Origin: Lama glama
Lineage: Eukaryota
Assembly (NCBI GenBank): GCA_028534125.1
Contig: CM052817.1
Location: 21,950,001 to 22,014,000, forward strand
Direction of reading: 5' to 3'
DNA: 64,000 bases
The notes beneath the pieces were generated by a model that was not told the origin of the DNA, did no database searches, and saw only the letters and a program-made list of their open reading frames with translations. Below are positions 25,560 to 39,554 of this stretch, in pieces (position 1 is the stretch's first letter; each line of letters begins with the position of its first letter). A program made the position numbers and the translations under genes.

Positions 25560-26050
25560 GGATGATGGATCGTTTCCTGGTAATATTCTTACACATTGTC
25601 AGTCCTCTGTGTATTAATTTAGTCTCTTCTTCTCTTCTAACTCTATATACTCTCCCTGGAATGCTCTCATCTGCTCTCCTGATTACCAACCCCCCCCACA
25701 CACACAAAATAAATCTCTAAGACCATTCACTTCAGATTCTAACTTATAAAGTCAACTTTTTATTGTACATTTCTCATTGGATGTACAGCAGATAAATATC
25801 AATGTCTCTAACATCAAGATCATCTTATTTGATTACAATAATCTACCTATATTTCTTGTCACTTGTTTCAACAAATGTTACCATTGTATTCTGAAACTTG
25901 AACCTTGAGAGTCACTATTTATTTTCCCTTATTTTTCACCTTCATATAACACATAATCTGTTCTATTACTTATACATCCTCATATCCCTTGCATGTGACA
26001 ATTTTAGTTTATTCCTGCTTCTGTAACCTGAGTCCATACACAATTACAAC
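25560..26050 (+). mobile_element. L2 fragment
   Basis: cagtcctc...tctcttcttctcttctaactctatatactctccctgg...ttcagattc...ttggatgt...aatatcaatgtctctaac. Confidence 0.6.
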
Positions 26051-26806
26051 AAGTTAAATAGCAAAGTTGGTTAGTAATTCTAAACCAATTCTAAACTGTC
26101 AAGTCAAGAACAGGCTACCAAATTATGCTTTCCAGTTAAAGAGCATAAATGCAAACTCAAGATGAATATTGTCAATTTTAACTCTTTATCTCATTGAAGT
26201 AAGATAATATGTTTTAAAATATTTTGATATATATTAAACTATTGGAGGATGATTTTTAAGGAAATAAAATGCCTTATCTTTCACAATACCTAATATATAT
26301 ATATACACACACATATATATATAGCTGTGTGCACATATAGATAGGTATATAATTTAAATGTATATAGTAATAGTATATATAAAAATATATGTTCTTGTAC
26401 ATGTTAGTCCATACAATAATCCATCATGAACTAAAGATACACTAATTTAAGGGGTATATCAGCTGAATTGTTTTGGGCTGTCACCAATCAAAACACCAAC
26501 TTGGTCTATAGGTCTGCAAAAATTTTAACACACATTTTTTAAAAGCATACCTGACAGGCAACCAAGATGGCAGAGTAGAAGGATGCTCATAACTCACCCT
26601 CTCCCACAAATACACCAACAGTAACATCCATGGACCCACCCATCCACTCAGAACAGCTGCTGAACTTTGACAGAACATCACTTTCTTCAAAAGACAAAAT
26701 TTGCCACAAATCTGTTTTATTTCTGTGTCTGCTATAAACAAACAAACAAACCCACAGTAGATAACTGATACTCCATAATCCACAGTGTCACAGAAATCTA
26801 AGTAAA

Positions 26807-27729
26807 ATGAAGAAGCAGAGGAACCACTCCCAATTAAAACAGTAAGAGAAATCCCCTGAAAGAATGATCAATGAAATAGACCTAGACAGTCTAGTAGATC
26901 ATGATTTCAAAAAAGGAGTGATCAAAGAACTGAAGGAACTAAAAGAGATTGTGAATAGAGACAGAGAAAAAATCAAAAAGGAAATTTAAACTATAAAGAG
27001 GAGCCAATTAAAAATAGAAAACTCATTTGTGGAGATGAGAGCTGAGCTAAAGGCTGTAAAAAACAGGCTAGATAATGCAGAGGAACAAATAAGTTACTTA
27101 GAAGACAGGACAACAGAAATCACCCAATCGAAACACCAGAGAGAAAAAAATAAAAACCAATGAAAACAATATAAGGAACCTATGGGATAATATAAAGTGT
27201 GCCAACCTATGCATAGTAGGGATCCCAGAAAGAGAAGAAAGAGCAAAGGGGATTGAAAAGATATTTGAAGAAATCATGACTGAAAACTTTGCAAACCTAA
27301 AGAAGAAATCAGGTATACAAGTACAGGAAGCACAGAGGGTCCCAACCAAGAAGAACCCAAACAGACCCACACCAAGACATATTATAATCAGGATGGCCAG
27401 GGTTGAAGATAAAGAAAAGATTCTAACGGTAGCAAGAGAAAAACAAAAAGTTAGTTACAAGGGAACCCCATAAAGCTGTCAGCTGATTTCTCTACACAAG
27501 GACTGCAGGCCAGAAGGGAGTGGCAATATATATTCAAAGTCCTGAATGAGAAAAATAGATGAAACCTAGGATTCTTTATCCAGCAAGGCTATTCTTTAGA
27601 ATAGGAGAGATTTAAAAAAACAAAACAAAAAAAAACAAACAAAAAAACACCTTCACAGACAAGCAAAAACTAAAAGAATTTAGCAACACTTAATCTATGC
27701 TAAAAGAAATATTGAAAGTTCTACTCTAA
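26807..27729 (+). pseudogene. L1 ORF1p remnant (stops and frameshifts)
   Basis: Starts MKKQRNHSQLKQ*. Contains MTENFANLKKKSGIQVQEAQRVPTKKNPNRPTPRHIIIRMARVEDKEKILTVAREKQKVSYKGTP, typical of ORF1p. Confidence 0.92.
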
Positions 27730-28120
27730 GTAGAAAAGAAGCAGGATGCTACAGAAAGGAGAAAATGATTGGAAAGGCGATAACTACAATGAATTACAAC
27801 AGAATAAACACAAAGTTGTAAAAGGAAACATTGAAATCATTAAGGGTGGGAGAGGGGAACAAGAAAATATAGAGTTTTGTCCTTTTTTTTGTCATTCTCT
27901 GTGGAATATATTTGAGCTTGTATTTCTATAAGTTTAAAACAAACATACTAATGGGTTGATATATGTACAAAACAGGGTAACCACAAGCCAAAAGCTTACA
28001 ACAGAGTCACAAAAACTAAAAAGAAACCAAGATAATACAAAGGAAAACTGATCGAACAACAAAAAGAAAAAGAAAGGAACAAAGAGGAAATACTAAATCA
28101 ACTGCAAAACCAAGTTCAAA

Positions 28121-29892
28121 ATGGCAATTAACACACATCTATCAATAATTACTGTAAATGTCAATGGACTAAATGCTCCAATCAAAAGACAAAGTTGCAG
28201 ACTGGATAATAAAACAAGAACCTACAATATGCTGCATATGAAAGACCCACTTTAAGGAGAAGGACACACATAGATTGAAAGTGAAAGGATGGAAAAAGAT
28301 ACCCCATGCAAGAGGAAATGACAAGAAAGCAGGAGTAGGAACACTGATTTCAGACAAAATAGACTTTAAAAGAAAAGCCACAAAGAAAGATAAAAAAGGA
28401 CACTATGTAATGATTAAAGGAGCAGTATAAGATGAGGATATTACATTCATTAACAGATATGCACCCAATGTAGGAGCACCTAAATACATAAAGCAAATAC
28501 TAACAGATATAAAGGGAGAAATTGATGGGAACACAATCATAGTAGGAGACTTTAACACCCCATTAACATCACTGGACAGATCTTCCTGGGAGAACATTAA
28601 TAAGGCAACAGAGAAACTAAATGATACAATAAAACTCTTGCACTTGGTTGATATTTTCAAAACATTGCATTCCCCCTAAGCTGAAGGGATAACCCTCCCA
28701 GACTTCAGACAATACTACAGAGCTATAGTAATCAAAACAGCATGGTATTGGTACAAAAACAGACATATGGATCAATGGAACAGAATAGAGACCCCAGATA
28801 TAAACCCACAGACTTTTGGTCATTTAACCTTTGACAAAGGAGACAAGAACATACAATAAAAGAGTCTCTTCAGCAAATGTTGTTGGGAAAACTGGACAGC
28901 AGCATTTAAATCAATGAAGTTAGACTACTCCCTCATACCATACACAAAAATAAACTCAAAACGGCTTAAAGACCTAAAAATAAGACAAGACACAATAAAT
29001 CTTCTAGAAGAAAGCATGGGCAAAACATCTCACATACATCTCAGCAATGTTCTAGAGCAGTCTACCAAAGTAATAAAAATAAAAGCAAAAATAAACAAAT
29101 GAGACCTAATTATACTTACAAGCTCTTGCACAGCAAAGGAAACCATAAGCAAAACAAGATAACCTATGAAATGGGAGAAAATGTTTGCAAAAGGTGAGAC
29201 TGACAAGGGCTTGATTTCTAGAATATATAAACAGTTCATATGACTTAATAAGAAAAAAAACAAACAACCCAATCCAAAAATGGGCAGAAGACCTAAACAA
29301 GCAATTCTCCAGTGAAGACATACAAATGGCCAACAGGCATATGAAGAAACGCTCACTATCACTAATTATAAGAGAAATGGAAATCAAAACTACAAATGAG
29401 GTATCACCTAACACCAGTCAGAATGGCCATCATTCAAAAGTCTACAAATGATAAATGCTGGAGTAGATGTGGAGAAAAGGGAACCCTCTTACCCTGTTGG
29501 TGGGAATGCACTTCGGTGCAGCTATTGTAAAAAACAGTATGGAGACTCCTCAGAAAACTAAAAATAGACATATCATATGATCCAGCAATCCCACTCCTGG
29601 GCATACATACAGAAGGAACCTTAATTCAAAAAGACACCTGCACCCCCATGTTCATAGCAGCACTATTTACAGTAGCCAAGACATGGAAACAACCTAAATG
29701 TCCATCAACAGATGACTGGATAAATTTAAGATGTGGTATATTTATAGAACGAAATACTAGTCAGCTATAAAAATTGATAAAATATTGCCATTTGCAGCAA
29801 CATGGATGACCCTGGAGAATGTCATTCTAAGTGATATAAGCCAGAAAGAAAAAGAAAAATACCGTATGATATTACTCATATGTGAAATCTAA
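28121..29892 (+). pseudogene. L1 ORF2p remnant: endonuclease N-part joined to post-RT/C-terminal region
   Basis: MAINTHLSIITVNVNGLNAPIKR and GDFNTPL (EN), then directly [23 protein letters not shown] and PYTKINSK. No RT motifs present. Confidence 0.9.
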
Positions 29893-31459
29893 AAAAAAAA
29901 AAGCCAAATGAACTTATATATAAAACAGAAATAAACTCACAGACATAGAAAACAAACTTATGGTTACCAGGCAAGAGGTTAGGAAGGGATAAATTGGAAA
30001 TCACGATTTGAAGATACTGACTGGTATATATAAAATAGATAAACAGGTTTATACTGTATAGCACAGGGAACTATATTTGATATCTTGTAATAGCTTATGG
30101 TGAAAAAGAATATGAAAACGAATAAATGTATATTCACATATGACTGAAGCATCATGCTGTACACCAGAAATTGACACAACAATGTAAACTGACTATTCCT
30201 CAAAACAACAATAATAGCACAAAAAAAGCATACCTTAAAGAGGAATTCACAATGGTAATTACAATTTATTTATACATGAAAAAAGGAAATAATGTATTGT
30301 AAGTTGCCAGTAGCATTGCATGAAGATCCAAAACATACAGGTTTTATGAACTGGTTTGGTCCACTTCAACAAATTTCTGTACCTCCACTTAAAAATTCTG
30401 CAGCATATCTTTGAATATGACTTTCACAGTGATATGATGTTGTTCTTCAATGAACATTATACATTGTTTAATTTAAAAGATAAAGGCAAGGCATTATTCT
30501 ATAAAAGACAAAGTGAAGGGATTTCAATGCAATGTCAAGTAGCCTGTGTCTAGGATATGAAGAACTTGTAGTTTGAGATTTTCTTTTTTTTCCCATGGAT
30601 CCATTAATTAAAGATAATGTTTCATCTGTTATCAGAGTCACACCTGACTTTTTGAACAGTTCCATCAGTGGCACCTATAAGCCATACTTAACATTAAATA
30701 GAAAGATAGGATCATTGATTACAAGTTCTTGGAAAGAAGCCAATCTGCAAACCCAGAGATGATTTGACAAACACAGCTGTAACAGGCTGGACCCATGCCA
30801 GAGTTAGATAAGAGTAGAACCGTTGGGGAAATGCTGTGAGTTGAAGTGGGCAGGCTTATCAGTAAGCATTAGCATTTGCCCTCTTGTTTTAGGAAAATTT
30901 CATAATTCCCAGGTAACAGACAAAATTTTCATCCATCTGGAGTTTTCTTCAGATGGCGTTAACAAACCGGATGTTTTCAATATTCAGATGTCTGTTGCAG
31001 ACGTAGAAAATGTAGGACATTTAGCCAGAATTTCACTTTTGGAAGTTTTAGAGAAAATACCCATGCAATGTTGTGTCCTTAACAGAGAGCTACCGTTTTA
31101 AAAATATGTACTGTTATTGTTCCTGCCATGTTTTACTAGAAACACCAATATTCAAAATAGCAACACATATTATGATATAAAAGAGAAATTAATATTTGGA
31201 ATAAGCATTAAAAATTTCAACCTAAAATGTTAGTGCTGTAATACATTAACTTGTTGTTTTTATTATTCTTGTTAATACCATGCACATTTATATTGGTCTC
31301 TGCTCTCCCTTTTAGAGCAGCAAAGGTGTTTTGCCACAGCACTCATTTCCATGAAAAGGCTATCTCTTTTTGAGACAGTGGGTACCCTAAACATACAGTT
31401 AACCACTTAAATCTCCCTGGCTCATTTAATCTTCTCTCTTCTTTTCTCTCTCTGTCCTC

Positions 31460-31590
31460 TCTCTCTCAGCCCAAATTCAGTGAAATTAAATAACTTGCAC
31501 AAGACCACATCATTACTCAATGGGAAAGTAAAGATCAAAACCCAGAGACTTCAAATTATGAGTGGGTTTTGATGTTTTCTCCCTTAAGCA
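31460..31590 (-). mobile_element. MIR fragment
   Basis: cagtgaaattaaataacttgcacaagaccacatcatt...aagatcaaaacccag. Confidence 0.6.
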
Positions 31591-31699
31591 TGCAATTCCA
31601 AATCTTCTCACTCCCCTTATGTACCTGTCACATAGTTTGAATGGGACTGATGAATACAAGCTCCAGGAGTGAGCTCTTATAGCTTAGAGTTACGAGGCG

Positions 31700-32060
31700 C
31701 TGAGTCTGGAAAAGTTGACAGAAGTCTACATATTTCCTGCAATGGAAACTGGGCTTGCTTTTTTCCAGTGGGTGTGGGGGGGGTGGGGGGACACTTTCTA
31801 AAACATTTTAACCAGTGGAAGACCATGGTTAGGCTCTTTCTTCAGTGCAAGAATCTGATAGTGCCATGTAGGATGGATATGAAGGTAATCAGACTGAAAG
31901 CTGGAGTAGTAGGACATAGCTGCAGTACAAATTCAGTCCAAAGAAGATGCCGGTTTAATAAAACCTAAGAAATGAAGGAAATTGAGGATGAAAAACAAGA
32001 CATGGTGATGGGATGCAGAAACTTTGAAATCAATAATATTGAGTATTGGTAATCAATAGT
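31700..32060 (-). mobile_element. L2 fragment
   Basis: aaaacattttaaccagtggaagaccatggttag...gtaggatggatatgaagg...agactgaaagctgg...aattcagtccaaagaagatg. Confidence 0.55.
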
Positions 32061-33153
32061 TATCTTGCAGTTACATTTATGACCTCAAATCTTCCAACTC
32101 ATTTATTGTCTTCCTCTGGTCTAAAACAACTCCTCATAGGCTCTGGAGGATGTTTTTGAATGGTATTCAAAATGTTGCTAGCATGGAGAAGAATATCAAA
32201 GTTCAAAATAAACTGATATGTGTTTCTTGATTCAGTCTTTAGCAACATTTGATTTATAGATGATCTCCCTACCTTAATTCAAGGGAAGCGATCGAACTTT
32301 CTGTGTCAGACAGAATCAGGTGTATGTTCATAGCGCCTGTTACATCTGACAAGTAAAATGATGATGTTTTCAGAGTGAGGGGAGGGAAGTACAGGGGCAT
32401 TGAATCCTAGGATGACCTTTGAAGCCCAGGTAAACAGTATCATATAACTTATTTTTTGTATCTGATAAAGTAGAGAGATCTGCTGGAGTGACTTTGCATT
32501 ATATTATAATTTATAGCTTCTCTTATAGAAGTCATTGGTTATCAGCACCCTTTGTTTTCTTCCAAGACAATTACCCATTCACTCCTCTTTTTCCCTAACA
32601 TCTAGACTGCTTTATCCCACTGTACATCAGTTTGTCCTTTAAGACCAATCAGAAACTTAGTCTTCAAAATAACTGTGACTTTCATCCTTTAAAAAATCCT
32701 AATGAACTTAAACTGTCATCATAGATACATTAATTGTAACAGTCTTGCCTATATAACTTGTCCACTTTTGAATAGTGTTAGAAAATTTTTATGTGACTTG
32801 GAAAAAGGCAAAAGACGTTACTTGGTATTTTGTCACTGCAGTCCTGGATTTAACTTTCTCTTGTCTAGGCTATTTTATAACTCTATGGAGTGGAGATTTT
32901 TGGCTAGTACAGATACAGAGAATTCTGGTTCAGTAAAACAGACAACCTCAAAGGTTAATATTTTCTTGTCCTGTTGGATAGTAACCAGTGTTGGACAGTA
33001 ACTTACTTAAAAAGAATACCCTAGCTTCTTGAATTGATTTAAGCTCTTTCTAAAACCCTTCATTAATTAAATAGTCAAATAAAATATTATAACTTGTGTT
33101 CATATTATAGCTGCATGACCATCATGATTGTACCTTTTGAAATTACATTTTAA

Positions 33154-33472
33154 AAAGACAAACTTATTTACAAAACAGAAACAGACTCACAGACATGGAA
33201 AACAAACTTATGTTTACCAGAGGGGGAAGAAAGGGGAGAGGATAAATTGGGAGTTTGAGATTTGCAGATACTAACTGCTATATATAAAATAGATAAACAA
33301 CAAGTTTACATTGTATAGCACAGGGAACTATACTCAATATCTTGTAGTAACTTACGGTGAGGAAGAGTATGAAAATGAATACATATATGTTCATGTATGA
33401 TTGAGGCATTGTGCTGTACACCAGAAATTGACACAACATTGTAAACTGACTATACTTCAATAAAATATATAT
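33154..33472 (+). mobile_element. 5'-truncated L1 (3' UTR only)
   Basis: Closely similar to the 3' UTR at ~29905-30200. 13-bp TSD AATTACATTTTAA at 33141-33153 and 33473-33485. Confidence 0.93.
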
Positions 33473-34119
33473 AATTACATTTTAACAATATTAATAATTA
33501 ATCTATAAACTCTATGAGAGCAAATACTGTGAAGTAGTTGTCTCCTCAAATATCTTCAGTATTTGACACATGGATGCATAGTAATTAGGTGATCTATGTG
33601 TCTTTAATTAGTAAATGAATAAATACATTAAATGTAATGTAAAATTAGAGACCTATAGTTATCAGTGTGTTATAGACTGTGCCAAATACTGTGCTCAATT
33701 CTAGGCATAACAGCACTCACTTTATGATGTAGGAAAGCTTCCAGAATTCATGTTAATATCAAGAACTCAAGCTGCTTAATCATAATATGAAACATGTATA
33801 GTAAGAACATAACTGCTGAGGTGTGGGTCTATCTATGAATATAAAGAGGTACAAAAAGTTCTATCTGTATTCAAACATTGAGAATCATCTGTGGAAGAGT
33901 GAATGTTAAGTCACTTAATAAAGGAAAGATTCTGTTCTATTCAAATGCTTTGATGATATAAATATTGTGAGTATATGTATGTTTATTGTACATAACTTTA
34001 TGTGACATAGTGACATTTAGCTGTAGCAAACTAGTAATCCTAACTAGTGAAGTCAGTACAAATTTAATGACTAACCTATGCAAAAGAGAAGAAACTTGGG
34101 GGTACTCACCTACATTCGA

Positions 34120-34950
34120 AATTCATAGAAGAGGAAATACATATGCCCAATAAACATATGAAGCTAGATACTGAACATTATTTGTGAGTAGGAAAATGCC
34201 ACTGAAGACCAGTCTAAGGTTCAACTTATATTCATTTGATTGGCAATAAATAAATACATATATGCATAAATAAATAAAATATAAATAAAATCTGATAATA
34301 ATAAGTGATAGGTAATAGGTATAATAACTGATAGGTATGAGATAGGTATTCACAAGATGGGTTGGAGTAATTGCAACGATCACTTTAGAAAACTGTTTGA
34401 CATTACCTGCTAAAGTTGATCATTCATAAACCTTATGATCCAGTGCTTCAATTCCAAGCAGCATAGAAAAAGAAAAGCTCTTGCACATGTTTGATAGGAG
34501 ACATGTAAAAGGTGTTTCCAGGCAGCACTATTAATGATAGAAAAATCCTAGAATACACCAAATGCACACCTGTGGAAGAGTGGATACGTGGACTGTGGTG
34601 TAATCACACATGGTATAGTATGTAAAACAGACAAAATAAGTGATCTACAGCAGCATGCAACAATACTGAGGGCTCTTAACAGTACAAAAATAGATTTTAA
34701 AATAATTTTTTAAAATTGTGAACCATTTACTCTAAATTTTATGTATTTTTTCAAAATATAGATGTAGTAAATCTATTAAAAAAGGAAAGCAAGACAATGG
34801 AATGGGGAGAGCATACATTCAGGCAGATTTTTGTAGGAGTGCTGGTTTCACTTGGGGTTATTTGTTCATGGGTGATGCCACTACTAAGAGAAAAGTGAAA
34901 ATAAAACAGGAAAAAAGTAATGGCTTAGGTTCACTTTTTAAAGATCTGCA
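34120..34950 (+). mobile_element. Ancient L1M (L1MD/ME-like) 3' fragment
   Basis: agaagaggaaatacatatgcccaataaacatatgaag...cactttagaaaactgtttgaca...ccttatgatccagtg...gcagcactatt...catgcaacaa. Confidence 0.75.
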
Positions 34951-37394
34951 AATTGTTTATAATGATGAAAAGTCAGAAGTTGAGATTTGAAATCTCTTAA
35001 TTATCCTATATACATCTATGGCTAAACTAATATATATTACATCATGTAATGTGTGTCAAATATATACCAGAGATCATGTTCCTAAATTATTTTGCCATTT
35101 TCATAAAATTCTGAGTTAAAAAAAACTGTTTTCCTTATCGCTACATCATATTATTTAACATAGAAACTAAACTTATGAACCTGTATTAACTACTAAAAGA
35201 AAATTAAAATACTCAATATTGGAAAACCAAGTATACAGCATTTCTCACAAAAAATAATAATAAACTGCTTATTTCTGATTAGGTGTGTTGATTATGGACA
35301 TTATAGGTTTATGACTACCCAGTATACAGATTATATTTTTAAATTGTCAATAGCTATATCCATACAATATCTAGCATCTCATTCTCTTGACTGTGATAAC
35401 TGAATTAGATAAATTTCAGACTGCCATACCCAAATCATGTCAAAAGCAATTGACTTATTCATTTGTCCATCAAGTCCTCTTAGTGAGAAAGATGAGCAAA
35501 TTCAGTTCATATTGACTTCACAAATGGAATCTTAAATCTCAACATAAAAAGATCCATTTTAAATCATGAAAATATTAGAATACTTCTGTTTGAGAGTGCC
35601 ATGGAATTTATTTTTAGTATTGTTTACAAAAGTTACAACATCCACCTCTCCCCACCCCTCCGCTGCATCTAATACTGAAAATGTTTGTGCAGTTTTCATT
35701 ATGAACAAAGGCTCTACAGATGCTGCCTGTAAAGGAGACAGAAATGAGACACAGTCTCAATTCTCAAGGTACTCAGCAGTGGGGAAGATAAAGCAGCAAA
35801 ACAAGGAAGCATGTGTTGGGGGTTCTCTTTGAAGAACAAGCAAATTACTATGGTAGTGTTTTAGAAAGAAAAATGCAAATATAGATTGTTTCACTAATTG
35901 TTATGCCTTTATGTACTAAAACATTTCTTTTGAAGCCTTGATAATATACCGTGCTCTGTAAAAAGGTTGGAAGCTGTCAAAGCCCAGTGCATTCATGGAG
36001 GGAAAACTTGTTTTTATACAGTGTAATGTCCTTCCCTGGGCATTCTTGTCTTCTTGCTCTTTGGTCTGAGGGAGATGTAGAATATTTTAAAAAGAGTTGA
36101 CACCCTATTACTTGAAGATACATATATCTTGTCTTTGTGCAAAAGATGCTGAAATAACTTTTGAATCAGATAAACAGCCTATTAAAAGACCAGTGTTTCT
36201 TGTTAATTAGAAACATATTAAGAGTCCCCTGAGTTTTCTTGTCATGGTATATTTTCCGGAAAAGGATTTTAGAGTGAATTTCCTCACACATAGTTAAAAA
36301 AACAATATATCATTCTCGTTTTCCTCCTTCCTTCTTTTTGAGGGAACAAGAAACAGGGTCATAACAATAGGATCCTGGATAATTAATAAATTGATCATTG
36401 CCCTCCATTGCTATTTTTCTATAGTCAAATTTGAGAGATGGCTGTCATGTTTTCATCAGAGCCACACAGTGTGTAAGTTGGGACTGAGTTTCATCTCAAT
36501 GAGCAGCCAGCTTATAACAATCTTGGAAAAGCTTGCAGCTTTCTCAAAAAAGCCTCAGGTACTTTTCTTGCAAAACCCAGGGCTTTTGTAAGATTTGTTT
36601 TCTCAGGTTGGCTTGTCTCAAAACCCATTTTTCTAGAGCCTGTTACAAGACTTACGGTGTGTCAAAGAATCAGAATTAATTTATTTTTCCAGGTAACTTA
36701 GGAAACATGATGTCAACTAATAGATACTTATTTCAGTGTAGCAGTATAGACTTCTGTAAAATTATGGGAGAGTTTTAAACATTTTTACATACATAATCAC
36801 ATAATCATTGTATTTCTCAAAAAAAAGACTTCTGAAATTGCTTAATGACAAACAGATTAGAAACAATTTCCTAGGTGAATCTCATTTTATAATTAATATT
36901 GATATGTTAGGTGTATATTTCAGGAAATTTATAATAGGGAAATAATTGACTCTACCTTTATCTGTAATAGAAATTAGGTTTAATAATACCAAGAATGTAA
37001 ATTACATATTTAAAGGTAAATTTAATAGCACTTTGAGTAAACTAAAATCAATTAAAATACATAAAATTATACCATTTTCTTAGTAATAGTAGAACAAAAG
37101 TTACCTAAATTTCTGTCAACCTGAAATAGTATCTCCTGTTTGAAAGATGCAGTTTTTACTTTTGAAATGCATAGATCGCTTTCCAAAATCAAATTAGCAC
37201 TTCCAAATTTGTGAAGAAAATAATCAAGTCTATGTTTTCAAATGTCTCGTTTCCACCACCACAGATACACAGACACACAAACACATAGACATACACATAC
37301 TGTAATTTCTTGATTTTTCAGTCTTTATTTATACACTTTAACCTTTGCAAGTAGCTTACAATTAGCTACAACACTTTCTGAACACGAATATAAA

Positions 37395-37560
37395 ATTAGA
37401 ATCCCTGAGTTTGAATATTGGCTTTGTAACTTATTAGCTTTGTGAATTTGATTGAATTCTTTAATATCCCCAGACTTCATGCATGTCACCTACAAAATAG
37501 GATATAACAAAACATACTACCTATGTATGAATAATCAAACAATATTAGTAGATCATATTA
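37395..37560 (+). mobile_element. MIR fragment
   Basis: cctgagtttgaatattggctttgtaacttattagctttgtgaatttga...cacctacaaaatagga. Confidence 0.7.
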
Positions 37561-39554
37561 AAGGGCATTACATATTTTAACATATTATGTGTATTTTTAT
37601 CTGTAGGGTATCTGTTATCTATTAAGTGCATAGTATATTGTTATACTCTGAAGTAAACAGAAAAGAAATTCAGAGTACTGTAAATCTTTATCAAGGGATT
37701 ATAATCTATTTCAGAGAAAAGTAATAACTATATCAAATATTCAAGTAGTAACACGAATAAATACAAACAGCATAAGACTGTTTTTCCGAAAAGTGATAAA
37801 TGCAACATATTGTCAAAATTCAAAGGCCTGAGTACTCAAAGTCCCATGAAACTATAGAGGAATATATATATATAAAAGAAAGGTGTAAATTCTGCTTTGG
37901 ACAGCCAAAAATACCAGTATGTTCAGAGAGGAAGTTCTTTAGTGGATGATAATGGCCAGTGAATTAGATGAGTTAACAATTTAAAGTTTTGAATAGCAAT
38001 GGAAACTGGGCTCTTATTCAGAAAGGAATGCAGTCCCATTATAGGCTTCTGAACAGGAAAAATGTCATAATCCAATTAGGACCATCTAGGCAAATACATT
38101 TGATTTGAGAATGCCAGGTGGATCTATAGAGAGAGTCAGTGGCTTTGGAAATCCAGCCCAAATATCACTATTCAAAAATACATCTTTTTTTTTTTTGTCT
38201 ACATTCCATGAAACATTTAAATCTGCAGAAAATTTGAAATCTGAAAGATTTATCTGAAATCTGAAATCTGAAAATCTGAAAATAGTAGTCATTCTGCCAA
38301 AAGCAACTATTTGCCTATAAACCAATTAAGAAGTGCTTTTGCATTTACATACTTCAATAACTTACAGTTAATAAATTTCTAATGTGAATATTTATGAATT
38401 CATAATGTGAATATTTGGCATCTTATTTCTTTAATTCCACTTATTCTCCTTAGCTAGATTTTCCTCTTCCAGTGCTAGGACTCTATAAATTATGTTTTTG
38501 AAACTGGAACAGAGACTTTATAGTCACTATTCTGGTGAATTAGAGGTTACTCTAGATTTGAGAGGCAAGGCCATGCTCTCCTCAGTAATTCAGCATAAGA
38601 AAAGGAGTTAAATCATTGAGTTATGGGGTATTAAGTAGAACTCTCAGGCGGAAAGTCCTAAATCTGCCTACACTTAAAAAGAGTAGAAAGAGGAAAAGAG
38701 AAAGGAGAGAAAGAAAAAATAATGGGAAAGAGTCACTAGATGTGACCAAGTCATTCCAGTCTAGTGGGGAGTTTAAAATACATCATATGGACATTGGATT
38801 ATACATTATTTTTTTTAGTCAAATACAACAGCTTTCTCTACTTTGTCCTAGTATGTATATTCTGATAAGAATGCTATCTTCAGGATTTTTAGGCTTCAAA
38901 GTTAGTGTTTTAACATGGACATAAAGCTGGTTACATTCTTTTAATTTTGTCAGATGTTAACTATAGTTGTCGATTATCCATTATCTTTTTGATCTCAGAG
39001 TAGATCATTTTGTATATAATCCTATAGAAGGATGGTTAAAAATTTATATTTCACTATCTAGTGTAGAATATGTGATCTATTTTCTTTAACACTATATTAT
39101 TAACACTACATGATGTAGAATCATATTCAATTGCTCTGGATTCTCTGAACATACTTAGCCAACGCTAAAAGAAAAAGATTCAGAACTTCATGGTCATTCA
39201 TGATTAAAAGTTTGGGGATGAAATTATTCTGATGATATTCCATTTTATGGAATATCCATGCACAATATAATATTGAGCTTAAAATCCTCTAGAAGAGCAT
39301 ACTTCAGTTACTGCACTAGAGACATACCCAGAATTGAATCTTTATTGTAGTTATATGATATTTCATGGAGAAAATTAATATGTTCCCTTTACTGCCTTGG
39401 TTTAGGTTAGAGAAGAAGGGATTATGGCAGAAGAAAATTGTGACTAAACACTTTTACTATATATCTTTGGTTAGAAAGCAGAGTAACTGAACATAAAGAT
39501 AGGATATTATACAATGCAATGCAAGGTTTATTTCATCTCTTCTCTAACTGTAAT

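Larger units (their letters stand above)
26553..30223 (+). mobile_element. LINE-1 with both termini and two internal deletions (5' UTR and RT domain)
   Basis: 5' end caagatggcagagtagaagg, ORF1 and ORF2 remnants, 3' UTR and A-rich tail. Perfect 12-bp TSD AAAAGCATACCT at 26541-26552 and 30224-30235, at a TT/AAAA endonuclease site. Confidence 0.95.

Noticed and set aside
30640..30675. Minus-strand peptide ATDGTVQKV, reminiscent of a semaphorin motif
   Set aside because: Too short, flanking residues do not continue the similarity, and no other exons were found.
38220..38420. Short repeats (ctgaaat)n and duplicated taatgtgaatattt
   Set aside because: Simple slippage repeats with no regular repeat-spacer structure; not CRISPR-like.
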